Shown here one piece after another: positions 7,324 to 16,019 of a stretch of DNA of 39,148 nt. Numbering within the stretch: position 1 is the stretch's first letter; each line of letters begins with the position of its first letter. The notes below the pieces were generated by a model. It did no database searches, had not been told where the DNA came from, and saw only the letters and a program-made list of their open reading frames with translations. A program made the translations under genes and the position numbers. The stretch is from assembly GCA_049515555.1 (NCBI GenBank), contig JBEKTY010000067.1, positions 1 through 39,148 of the forward strand, in the 5' to 3' direction. This DNA comes from Thermoguttaceae bacterium (lineage in GTDB: Bacteria > Planctomycetota > Planctomycetia > Pirellulales > Thermoguttaceae).

Positions 7324-8903
7324 GGCAATTTACGACTTGCGCATGGGGCGCCGCAGCCGCCGGGTTTCAAAGCCCGGGCCGACGGCGCGACGGCAAGGCC
7401 TCCCTTGGATGTGCAACGCAATTCCGCGGGCATGGCCAGCCCCACGGCGTAAACGGCGTCGATCGTCTCGTCGAGCGGGATGAAGTTCGTGTACCCGCCG
7501 AGCCCAAGGTCGGCATTGACAAAGGCGCCGGCGGCGGCGGCCGCGTTGCGGGTGTGACAGGGAATCTCGACCATGCCCTGCACAAGGTCGCAGACGCTGC
7601 CCATGGTGTTCTGAAAACTGATCGCGGCCGCATCGCAGGCCTGGCGGGCCGTGCCGCCGACGGCGTCCACGACCGCGGCGGCGGCCATGGCGCCGGAGGC
7701 CCCGATCTCCACCTGGCAACCCGCCACCTCCGCGGCAAAGGTTCCGCGGATCGCCAAGATCGTGCCGACGGCGCCGGCCGCCAGCAGGGCCAGCCCGATT
7801 TGCTCGCGGGTCAACGAGCGCTCCTCGGCCAGCGTCACGAGCACGGCCGGAATAACGCCCGCGGAGCCGCCGGTGGGCGCGGCGCACACCACGCCCATCG
7901 CGGCATTCACGTGCATCACGGCCAGGGCCCGTGCCGCCGCCCGCGTGTGCGGGCTCCGCGCGGAAAGGCGCGATTCCGCCTCCGCCTGGAAAATGGCCCC
8001 GGCACAGGCGGGCAGCAGTTGCAGGCCGGTGAAGTTCGGGTCCAGCCCGCTCTGGACCGATCGCGCCATGATGTCGTAGCGCCGCAGCATTTCCGCCATA
8101 ACGTCTGCCGGGCTGATGCCCAGCAACTGTGCCTCGTAGGCCAGCGCCAGTCGGCCCAGCGAAAGGCCCAGTCGTTCGGCGCGCTGCACCATCTCGGCCG
8201 CACTTGAGAACTGGGGCTGGCCCGCTTGCACGAAGTAAACCGGCGTGGATTCCCACACCCGGGCGCTCGGGTCCCTGGCACGCAGCTCGCCGCGGAAGGT
8301 CGCCGGCAACGCGGCCTTGCGTCGGGCCGTCAGTCGCACCCGGCCATTCTCGCCAGAGTCGATTGTGCTTTCCAAGACCTGGCCATCGCCTGCGAGCAGC
8401 CCGCCGGCGGCGCCGGCTGTATCGGCAGAGACTTCCAGCAGCGTCTCGTAAGCCGCACCGTTGAACCGCACCGGGCGGCCGTTCAGGCTGGTAATCTGCA
8501 CTTCCCCGCCGCCGATGGAGCGTGCCGCCAGACGCAATGTAGAACCGTCGGCCGCAGTGAGAGCCATTTCCACCGTGTTCGGATGGTCCGGCTGGGCAAG
8601 CTTCCGGACCTCGAAGCTGATTTCCATCCCGGCCTGCGGCGCGTCGCCCAGCGCAGTAAAAAACGATTCGTCGGTCAACGGCTTGCCCAGCAGTCCCATG
8701 GCAAAGCCGCGGTCGGCCCCCTGCGCGGCGTAGGTGACGGAGTAAGAGCCGGCCGGGTCGAAGGCCAACGCCGCCCGGCGCGGCGCGCCTCCCAGAATCG
8801 AACGGGCCATGCAGGCGATGTGAAACGCGCCCGCCGTGTGCGAGCTGGACGGCCCGCGCATCACCGGACCGAGCACATGATTGAGGATACTGACGGCCCT
8901 CAT
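7320..8903 (-). CDS. sdaA: L-serine dehydratase, iron-sulfur dependent, single-chain (beta+alpha fused)
   Basis: 527-aa ORF. The N-terminal ...GPVMRGPSSSHTAG... motif matches the beta segment and ...PTGGSAGVIPAVL... the alpha segment. It is translationally coupled to the downstream OCD-family gene. Confidence 0.9.
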   Translation of the reverse strand: MRAVSILNHVLGPVMRGPSSSHTAGAFHIACMARSILGGAPRRAALAFDPAGSYSVTYAAQGADRGFAMGLLGKPLTDESFFTALGDAPQAGMEISFEVRKLAQPDHPNTVEMALTAADGSTLRLAARSIGGGEVQITSLNGRPVRFNGAAYETLLEVSADTAGAAGGLLAGDGQVLESTIDSGENGRVRLTARRKAALPATFRGELRARDPSARVWESTPVYFVQAGQPQFSSAAEMVQRAERLGLSLGRLALAYEAQLLGISPADVMAEMLRRYDIMARSVQSGLDPNFTGLQLLPACAGAIFQAEAESRLSARSPHTRAAARALAVMHVNAAMGVVCAAPTGGSAGVIPAVLVTLAEERSLTREQIGLALLAAGAVGTILAIRGTFAAEVAGCQVEIGASGAMAAAAVVDAVGGTARQACDAAAISFQNTMGSVCDLVQGMVEIPCHTRNAAAAAGAFVNADLGLGGYTNFIPLDETIDAVYAVGLAMPAELRCTSKGGLAVAPSARALKPGGCGAPCASRKLP

Positions 8904-9159
8904 GGTTTGTAACCCTTGGGCTCATCCTCTTGCCGTAGGCGACGAATGCACATGTTACCCATTCTATCATATTGGGCAACTGGCTTCGTTCGATAGCGGA
9001 AGCTTTAGGCCGTTGTGCAGGAAATCGTCGAAGTGTTCCCCGAAGCGCCCGTCGCTGCAATAGAGTGCGGCGGCGCGAATGCGGCGCTCATCGAATCGCA
9101 CCGCACTTTCGTAAACTGTAGTGTCATCTCGGGGATTCACGTTCCGATTATACCTCTGC

Positions 9160-9305
9160 GGAGGGTGGCACGTCCCTGAGCGCAGCGAAGGGCGTGCTTT
9201 CCAGGCCCGCCACGCCCTTCGTTCCTCAGGGCGTGCCACCCAAATTGATCAACTTGTTCTTCGTTCCTCAGGGCGTGCCACCCAAACTGATCAACTTATT
9301 CTGTC
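9160..9305. repeat. Family-A element copy 3, whose right arm carries a 41-bp internal tandem duplication (9219-9260 and 9261-9301)
   Basis: The core ggtggcacgtccctgagcgcagcgaagggcgtg ... cacgcccttcgttcctcagggcgtgccaccc was read directly. It is followed by a near-identical second copy of cgttcctcagggcgtgccacccaaa(t/c)tgatcaactt. Confidence 0.8.
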
Positions 9306-9314
9306 GCTTACGGC

Positions 9315-10950
9315 TTAGCCCCGATCTTTTGGCGGCACGTCGCCCACGGGCTGGCCGTCGGTCGTCGGTTTGTGCCGGACGCCCGCCAACGTGGCGAGCG
9401 TTTCGGGGATTTCCACGCCGCCGATGTCGCGCATGACCTGCATCATGGGCGGCAGGGTGCGGGACATATTGTGCAGCCAGTTGGCCGTGGCGCTTTGCCC
9501 GGCGGCCGGGTTGCTCTCCCAGACCACGACCTTGTCGAACTTGATGTTCGAGATGGCCTTGGCCGAGGCTTCCACGAGGTGGTCGAAGTGCTCGAGCATG
9601 AGCAATTGGAAGGCCTGCTGGGCGCCGCCGCAGGCCTCGATGATCTGCTGCAGACCTTGGCCTTTCTTGGACAGGATTTCGAACTGGCCGCGGGCTTCGG
9701 CTTCGAGCTTGGCGAAGATGGCGGCGGCCTCGCCTTCGGCCTCGATCCGCCGCTTGGCGGCCTCGGCGGCGGCCTCGACCTCGATCTTGGCCTTGTCGGC
9801 CTTGGCCGGGGCCTCCAAGGCCGCGCGGCGCTCGGCCTCGATCCGCTGGGCCTCGGCCAGGGCCGCCTTGGCGCGGGCGAAGTGCTCGGCCTCCAACACG
9901 GCGGCCTCGGCCTGCACCTTGCGGGTTTCGCCCGTCTGGTAGGCTTCGGCCTTCTTGACCTGCAAGCCGGCCTGCGAGGCGGCCACGTCGGCCTTGGCCA
10001 GGTTCTCCCCTTCCACCGCCCGGGCCTCGGCATCGGCCAGCTTGACGCGCATCTCGCGCTCGGCGTCCTTCACCTGGGCCTGCTTCTGGAAGGCGGCCGA
10101 CTGCTCGCCCACCTGCTGCTCCTTATCGAGCTCGGCCACGCGGACGGCTTGCTCGCGGGTGGCCTCGCGCGTGCCGATCTCGCGGACCTTGTGGGCGTTG
10201 GCCACCTGCACCGCCTTCTCGCGCTCGGCGTCGGCCACGCGGACCTCGCCCATCTTCTCGTTGTCCGCCACGTCGCCGCGGGCCTTCTGGATCGCCTGCG
10301 AAGCCGCCTTCTGGCCGATGGCCTCGATATAGCCCGATTCATCGGTTATGTCGGTGATGTTCACGTTGATCAGCACCAGCCCGATCTTGCGGAGCTCGCC
10401 CTCCAGCGAGTTCTGGATGGCTTCCAGGAACTTCTCGCGGTCACGGTTGATGTCTTCGATCTGCATCGAGGCGATCACCTGCCGCAACTGCCCGAAAATG
10501 ATGTCTTCCGAGCGCTTGGCGATTTCCGAGCGGGGCATCCCCAGCAGGCGGATGGCCGCGTTCTGCATCAACTCCGGCGTGGTGCCGACCGCCACCGTGA
10601 ACACGCTGGGGACGTTGACGCGGATGTTCTCCATGGATAGCGCGCCGCGGAGCGGGATCTCGATCTGCATCGGCTCGAGGTTCAGCCAGGCGAAGTCCTG
10701 GATCAGCGGAACGATGAACTTCGCCCCGCCGTGGATGCAGGTGGCCGCCTCGTGCCCGCGCCCCGACTTCCCGTAAATCACCAGCACCCGGTTGCTGGGG
10801 CAGCGCTTGTAGCGTTTGGCCAGGAGCATCACCAACGAGAAGGCGACGAAGGTCGCCAGCACGAAGATCGCCCCCAGCCAAACCTCCAAGGGCGCGCTAT
10901 CGGCGAAGCAGGGCGTAATGCGAAACCAGATGCCGGGCGAGCTGAACATG
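9315..10950 (-). CDS. Flotillin / SPFH (band-7) family protein (YqiK/FloT-like)
   Basis: The ORF frame runs 9315-11108. An internal ATG at 10950 follows an aaggag RBS, giving MFSSPGIW... with an N-terminal TM helix. The SPFH domain is followed by a long Ala/Glu/Lys-rich coiled coil, the typical flotillin architecture. Confidence 0.85.
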
Positions 10951-10992
10951 GCCGCTCCTTTGTTATTCAAAGGTCTGTCAAAGGGAGAACTG

Positions 10993-11733
10993 TCAAACGC
11001 CCTCTCCCGTTGGAAGAGGAATGTTGTTCTTCGCCACGGCTTGGACCTGCACGGTATCGGAGCCGAGGACTTTGGTGACCACGACCGTGGCCCCGCTGGG
11101 GATCGCATCGCCGGAGGTAGTCGCCAGGTACTCCATGGTGCGGTTCTGGAGGTTGATCTGGATTTTGCCGGCGCCCTTGTGCTGGGCGGGAATGCGGAGG
11201 TAGACGGTGGCCTGCCGGCCCACGGCGCGATCGATCCGTACGGTGCCGTCCGCCCGCAGCGAGCGCATGCCGCGGAGCATGGCGTAAACAGCGTACATGG
11301 CGCCCAGGCCGGCCGCGGCCGCGATCGAGAGCGTGGTCAGGGGCGGGCACTCGGCGGCCTGGGCGGCCAGGCCCGCCAGGCCGAAGAAGGCCAGCGCCGC
11401 GACGACCGTGCGCAGCGAGAGCACCTGGAACAACCACGTCGAGCCGTGAGCCGCCCGGCTGGCGGCCGAGTGCTGGAACTGGGCCTGGGCTTCGGCGTGC
11501 CCGGCGGCGGCCGAGCCATCGTGAGCCACGTCACCGTGCACCTCGCCCGGCGTGAAATCGTGGTCCCCCTCGCCGGCGCCGAAATCGTGGTCCGCCCCGC
11601 CCAGGTCGTGCCCGAAGTCGTGGGGCGTGTCAACACCCATGGCGTCGCCGCCCAGGCCGACCAGGGCCAAGAGGAACTGCAGGACCAGGACCGTAGCCCC
11701 CACTGCGGCACAGACCACAAAGACGGCGGTCAT
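10993..11733 (-). CDS. NfeD-like (YqiJ-like) membrane protein partner of flotillin, with a His/Asp-rich repeat segment
   Basis: 246 aa with a strong gaggagg RBS. The N-terminal TM segment is followed by a HDFGHDLGGADHDFGAGEGDHDF repeat, a second hydrophobic block, and a C-terminal beta-rich ~70 aa (GTVRIDRAVGRQATVYLRIP...VVVTKVLGSDTVQVQ). This is consistent with an NfeD OB-fold. It lies 42 bp upstream of flotillin. Confidence 0.6.
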   Translation of the reverse strand: MTAVFVVCAAVGATVLVLQFLLALVGLGGDAMGVDTPHDFGHDLGGADHDFGAGEGDHDFTPGEVHGDVAHDGSAAAGHAEAQAQFQHSAASRAAHGSTWLFQVLSLRTVVAALAFFGLAGLAAQAAECPPLTTLSIAAAAGLGAMYAVYAMLRGMRSLRADGTVRIDRAVGRQATVYLRIPAQHKGAGKIQINLQNRTMEYLATTSGDAIPSGATVVVTKVLGSDTVQVQAVAKNNIPLPTGEGV

Positions 11734-11971
11734 CGCTACCTCCTCGCTGAGGAGCTTCGGAACGTACAGGTATTCGCCCGCCGATAAGGAGTATTGGGCG
11801 ATCGACCCGCGGTCAGCGGCCGAAAAGGAATCCGCCTTCTCCGAATCTCAGGGTCCCTTTATTATCATCGAAGGGCCGCCCATTGCAACTACACCCGACA
11901 ATAGAATACACTGAGCCACAAGCGGCGTACATGGCCACAGTTGCCGGTCGTCTTTCCAGGAGAGGAATCGC

Positions 11972-13405
11972 GTGATGCGGACACTCAGGCGGGCTTGCCG
12001 GATAGCCACGACGTGCCGGATCGTGCTGGCGATTGGGGCCGGGCTGTCCGGGGCCCTTGCGGCCGGCGCCGGGACGACTGCCCACAGCGAGCCGCCCGCC
12101 CCCCGCCGCGTGTGCATCGGCCACGGCTCGGGATACTTGCGCTACGCCGACGCACAGGCCACGCTCAAGCTGCAACCAGGCGACACGCTCTACGTCAATC
12201 CCGGCGCCTACAGCGGCCTTTCGCTGGGGAACCTGTCGGGCACCGCCGCGTGCCCCATTACCGTCAAGTGCGACCCGCAGGCCGTCTTCACCACCGTCGT
12301 CCCGCAGGTCAACGAGTTCCCCAACGTCGCCCACGTGCGATTCGAGAACTTCCGCTTCGAGACGTACAAGAGCACCTGCATGAAGATCACCGGCCACAGC
12401 CACGATCTGCTGTTCAGGAACTTCAACGTCAAGGACGCCTCGGGCTACAGTTTCCACGTGTACGACCCGGCCAAGGTCTTCGACGGCAGCCGGGAAAGCA
12501 CCTTCTACAACTTCAAGTGGGAGAACGTCGTGGTAGACGGCAAGACCGACGGCGCCGCCATAAGCAACTCGAACTACAGCCTGTCGAACATGATCTCCGT
12601 GGTGCTGGATTTCGAGGTCTGCCGATGCACCTTCCGGCACTTCGACAATCGCGTCCAGGCCTTCCCGGTCATCGACTTGCTGCGCTGTTTCAACCTGCAC
12701 GTGCACGAGTGCAATTTCAGCGACATGGGCATGGCCGACTCCCCGATCGGTCACAATGTGTGCATCGCACTGGCCGGCTATGTGCGGGCATACGGCAACC
12801 GCTTCACCCGGCAGTGGGCCAACGACGTGCGCGTGTGGCCCATGAAGCTCAACGCCCTGGGCTACAACGGGCCACAGGCCGTCAACCGCTTCTACAACAA
12901 CATCAGTTGGGAAAAGCGGAAGTACCCCATGTACGAGCACAACCACGTCCAGCAGGCCGATATCGACAAGTCTGCGGGCTACCTTTCCCGCACGGCTTCC
13001 GAGATCTGCTTCAACACGCTATACAGGTCGCGGAAGGCGGCCAGCAGCAAAGACCCCTACTGCGCCACCTTGGTCGATGTCTACGGGCCGGACGTCACGA
13101 TCAAGCATAACCTGATCATCGAACCGGAAGCCGACGTGCCGCTGGACCCGAAGCACAACTACGTCTACCACCTGGGCGCAGGCCCGCAAACGGGCCTGAC
13201 CGTGGCCAACAACCTCGTCTTCCGGACCTGGGACGAGGCCGGCCTGGTGGATACCAAGACATTCATGCCGTCAAAGACCAGCCCGGTGCTAGACGCGGCC
13301 ACCGGGCGGATCGACTACATCACCCGCGACTTCTACAACCACGAGCGGTACGTGGGGACCGCGGCCGACGTGGGCGCCGTCGAGCGGCAGAACACCGCGG
13401 AATAG
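11972..13405 (+). CDS. Secreted hypothetical protein, possibly with a right-handed parallel beta-helix fold
   Basis: 477-aa ORF with a signal-peptide-like N-terminus (RIVLAIGAGLSGALAAGAG). It has repeated N/H-rich short beta-strand-like segments. No confident family assignment. Confidence 0.55.
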   Translation: MMRTLRRACRIATTCRIVLAIGAGLSGALAAGAGTTAHSEPPAPRRVCIGHGSGYLRYADAQATLKLQPGDTLYVNPGAYSGLSLGNLSGTAACPITVKCDPQAVFTTVVPQVNEFPNVAHVRFENFRFETYKSTCMKITGHSHDLLFRNFNVKDASGYSFHVYDPAKVFDGSRESTFYNFKWENVVVDGKTDGAAISNSNYSLSNMISVVLDFEVCRCTFRHFDNRVQAFPVIDLLRCFNLHVHECNFSDMGMADSPIGHNVCIALAGYVRAYGNRFTRQWANDVRVWPMKLNALGYNGPQAVNRFYNNISWEKRKYPMYEHNHVQQADIDKSAGYLSRTASEICFNTLYRSRKAASSKDPYCATLVDVYGPDVTIKHNLIIEPEADVPLDPKHNYVYHLGAGPQTGLTVANNLVFRTWDEAGLVDTKTFMPSKTSPVLDAATGRIDYITRDFYNHERYVGTAADVGAVERQNTAE

Positions 13406-13451
13406 GCGGCGGTCACGGCGTTAATAGGCAAACCATGAAGGAGACCGAGGG

Positions 13452-14627
13452 ATGAGACTTGTCTTCAGTTGCTCTCTGGCGATGACGGCCGTGATGGTCT
13501 TGGCCTTTACGGGCCGCACGGCCGGCAGCGAGATCACCGTCAAGGGCATGGTGCTCAACAACGTCCACACGGGGCAGACGGGCAAGAGTGTCTTTGTCTA
13601 CGCCCTGGACGGCACGCCCGAGATCAAGGCCGAAGTGGAACGCATCATGGCCCACTACTATCCGGACAAGGGGCTGGACGGCGACGCGGCCCGCACGCTT
13701 CAGGATCAATTCACCGCCCGGCTGAAATACTTCATCACCGGGCCGCACGTCGACGAGCTGCACGCGAAAGCCACCTACGGCGCGCGGCAGTGCACGGCCC
13801 TAACGGGGACGGTTGAAGAGAAAGACGGCCAGCGGTGGCTGGCGGTGAGCAAGTATGCCGATACCACGCTGCAATATCCGGCCAAGATGTTGACGCCTGA
13901 CAAGCCCCTGGTGATGCCCGATAAGCCGCCGTTGGTCGTCAAGATCGACCACAAGCTGTCGCTGCGGTGCATCTGGGCGCCGCCCGGCAAGTTCTTCATG
14001 GGCGAGCCTTACTACCAGTGCCCGCACTGGCAGGAGGCCCCGCCGCACATGGTGACGCTCACCCGGGGCTTCTACATGGCCGAGCATCCGATTACCCAGG
14101 AGATGTACGAGGCGGTGGTGGGCCGCAATCCCAGCCGAAAGACAGCGGCCCTTGCGCCCGTCAATGTTTCCTGTGCCGACATGTACGCCTTCTGCCGGCG
14201 CTTGTCGCAAACCGCCGGGCGGCCGGTGCGGGTGCCCACGGCCGCCGAATGGGAATACGCGGCCCGCGTGGGCACGTCCAACCCGCCGCTCCTGCAAAGA
14301 TACCAGGATCAGCAGGGCGCTTCCGGGGAGCCGATGCTGGTCAAGGCCAAACCACCCAATGCCTGGGGCTTCTACGATATGCTGACGGGCGGGTGGGAGC
14401 GCGTCAGCGACAGCTCCGCGCAACTCGATCGCCAGGACACGGTGGATCCACGGCACATCCCGCCGGAAGACCAGGCCCAGGCCGATCAGGGCCGCAAACA
14501 CGGGCACATCGCCAAGGGCAACTCGCAATATGCGCCCAGCGAAATCGAGTACATCACCAGCGATCCCGGCCCCGAGACGACATACCCCGGTGTTATCCGC
14601 TTCCGCGTGGTGCTCGAAGAGCCATAG
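13452..14627 (+). CDS. Formylglycine-generating-enzyme (FGE/SUMF1) domain protein, secreted
   Basis: RBS aaggag, then a signal peptide. The C-terminal ~230 aa show the FGE-sulfatase pattern: PPGKFFMGEP...HMVTLTRGFYMAEHPITQEMYEAVVG...RVPTAAEWEYAARVG...NAWGFYDMLTGGWERVSD. Confidence 0.8.
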   Translation: MRLVFSCSLAMTAVMVLAFTGRTAGSEITVKGMVLNNVHTGQTGKSVFVYALDGTPEIKAEVERIMAHYYPDKGLDGDAARTLQDQFTARLKYFITGPHVDELHAKATYGARQCTALTGTVEEKDGQRWLAVSKYADTTLQYPAKMLTPDKPLVMPDKPPLVVKIDHKLSLRCIWAPPGKFFMGEPYYQCPHWQEAPPHMVTLTRGFYMAEHPITQEMYEAVVGRNPSRKTAALAPVNVSCADMYAFCRRLSQTAGRPVRVPTAAEWEYAARVGTSNPPLLQRYQDQQGASGEPMLVKAKPPNAWGFYDMLTGGWERVSDSSAQLDRQDTVDPRHIPPEDQAQADQGRKHGHIAKGNSQYAPSEIEYITSDPGPETTYPGVIRFRVVLEEP

Positions 14628-14633
14628 GAAAAG

Positions 14634-14661
14634 TAGCAGGCACACTCCGTGTGCCTGCTTA
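14634..14661. terminator. Hairpin agcaggcacac-tccg-tgtgcctgct, 7 nt after the FGE-domain gene stop. It is a candidate terminator shared with the convergent gene
   Basis: 11-bp perfect stem read directly. Related copies of the same motif occur at 18201-18278. Confidence 0.45.
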
Positions 14662-14667
14662 CAATAA

Positions 14668-14798
14668 CTTGAGCAAGTTCCAGCGAGGGTGGCACGTCCC
14701 TGAGCGCAGCGAAGGGCGTGCTTCTTCGCACCGCGGCACGCCCTTCGTCCCTCAGGGCGTGCCACCCTAATTGGTCAACTTATTTCCTCGCGGTTCCA
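14668..14798. repeat. Family-A palindromic element copy 4
   Basis: gagcaagttccagcga + gggtggcacgtccctgagcgcagcgaagggcgtg ... cacgcccttcgtccctcagggcgtgccaccctaattggtcaacttatttcctcgcggttcc. It sits between two convergent genes. Confidence 0.8.
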
Positions 14799-14859
14799 AA
14801 GCAGCCCGCACGCCCCGTGTGCGGACATGCGGCACACGGCCGGCGGCCGCTGCAAGGGC

Positions 14860-15810
14860 TCAGTCTTTGGCTTCTGCCTGATCGAGATTATGCTTGTCGA
14901 TGACGACCGGCGTGAGGTACACCTCTTTGGATGGCGGCGTCTTCCCGTCGCGAAGCTTGGCCACGAGGAACCCCAGGGCCTTGCGGGCTTGCTGCCCGGG
15001 AAACTGCTCGATGGAAGCCGTCAGCCGGCCTTGCTTGATGCACGCGGCCGCGTCGGGAATGACGTCGTAGCCCACGCTAACGACTCGCCCGGGCGGCATG
15101 CCATGGGCCGCCATGGCTTCCAGGGCGCCCAGCACCATCTCGTCGTTGGCGGCATACAGCGCCTGGAAATCGCCGTGCACCTGGAGCAGGTTCTCCATCA
15201 CCGACTGACCCTTGGCCCGATAGAATTCGGCGCTCTGGCTGGCCAGGAGCCGGAGCGGGGAGGCGGCCAGCACCTCCTCGAAGCCGCGCTTGCGATCAAT
15301 CGCCGGCGAGGCCCCGGGCGTCCCCTCCAGCTCGATCACCGCGCCCTTGCCGCCGAGTTTCTGGAGGATATATCGGGCCGCGATCCGGCCGCCTTCGACA
15401 TTGTCGCCCCCCACGTGAACCAGCACGTCGCCGCCTTCCACTTTGCGATCGACGGTGGCCAGGGGGATGCCGGCGCGGTTGAGGGCCTCCACCGCGGGCA
15501 CCAAGGCCGCGGACCCGATCGGCGCCATCACGACGCCGTCCACCCCCTGGGCAATGAAGTCCTCAACGATCGCCATCTGCTTGGCTGCGACGTCTTCAGC
15601 ATCGGCGGCGATCAGCCTCACGCCAAGCTTCGCCGCCTCGTCCGCAACGTGCTTCTTAATGCAGATGAAGAAGGGGTGCGAGAGCGAGGGGACCGTCAGA
15701 CCGATGACGATCTGCCGTTTCTCGGTCGGACTCCGCCGACAGCCGGCAAGCCCAAAGCCAACGGCCAGCGCCAGAGCTGCCAAGCCCAGAAGCATCGCAC
15801 GTCTTTTCAT
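14860..15810 (-). CDS. Sugar ABC transporter substrate-binding lipoprotein (RbsB/LacI-type periplasmic binding fold); orphan, with no adjacent permease or ATPase
   Basis: The ORF frame runs 14860-15948. The internal ATG at 15810 gives MKRRAMLLGLAALALAVGFGLAGC, a lipobox. The periplasmic-binding-protein type-I pattern follows. The upstream extension of the frame reads through a repeat element and is not counted. Confidence 0.8.
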   Translation of the reverse strand: MKRRAMLLGLAALALAVGFGLAGCRRSPTEKRQIVIGLTVPSLSHPFFICIKKHVADEAAKLGVRLIAADAEDVAAKQMAIVEDFIAQGVDGVVMAPIGSAALVPAVEALNRAGIPLATVDRKVEGGDVLVHVGGDNVEGGRIAARYILQKLGGKGAVIELEGTPGASPAIDRKRGFEEVLAASPLRLLASQSAEFYRAKGQSVMENLLQVHGDFQALYAANDEMVLGALEAMAAHGMPPGRVVSVGYDVIPDAAACIKQGRLTASIEQFPGQQARKALGFLVAKLRDGKTPPSKEVYLTPVVIDKHNLDQAEAKD

Positions 15811-15847
15811 GGCATCTACCTTCTTACCGGAGTTTTGCAAGTTGGGG

Positions 15848-16007
15848 TGAGGACGATACAAGTGGTCCCCCTCTCCCTCCGGGAGAGGGCCGGGGTGAGG
15901 GGAACCTGTGTTGGTCACGAAAAATGGGAAAACAGTATCCTCACCCATTCCCCCTCACCCTAACCCTCTCCCGGAGGGAGAGGGGACCGACCAATCCGCA
16001 ATTTGCA
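15848..16007. repeat. Family-B palindromic MITE-like element copy 1 (tgaggac ... caatttgca), with ~38-bp inverted arms containing the ccctctccc-N3-gggagaggg palindrome and ggggtgagggg
   Basis: Arms read directly: ggtccccctctccctccgggagagggccggggtgagggg / cccctcaccctaaccctctcccggagggagaggggacc. A second, roughly 85% similar copy by eye lies at 35811-35966. Confidence 0.8.
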
Positions 16008-16019
16008 TTAGTCCAGTTC

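Noticed and set aside
7330-9060. 576-aa ORF antisense/out-of-frame to the serine dehydratase gene
   Set aside because: Arg/Gly/Pro-rich low-complexity translation typical of spurious ORFs in high-GC DNA. It overlaps a gene with clear family motifs on the same strand in another frame.
9150-9310. Possible CRISPR array (repeated cgttcctcagggcgtgccaccc)
   Set aside because: There are only two adjacent repeat units, no spacers of unique sequence and no cas genes. It is the duplicated arm of a palindromic element.
11813-12946. 377-aa minus-strand ORF overlapping the secreted protein gene
   Set aside because: Antisense shadow ORF in GC-rich sequence. It lacks motifs and start signals.
15811-15948. 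N-terminal extension of the sugar-binding protein ORF (…PLPEGEG…)
   Set aside because: The extension is translation of the family-B palindromic repeat. The lipoprotein signal begins at the internal ATG 15810.
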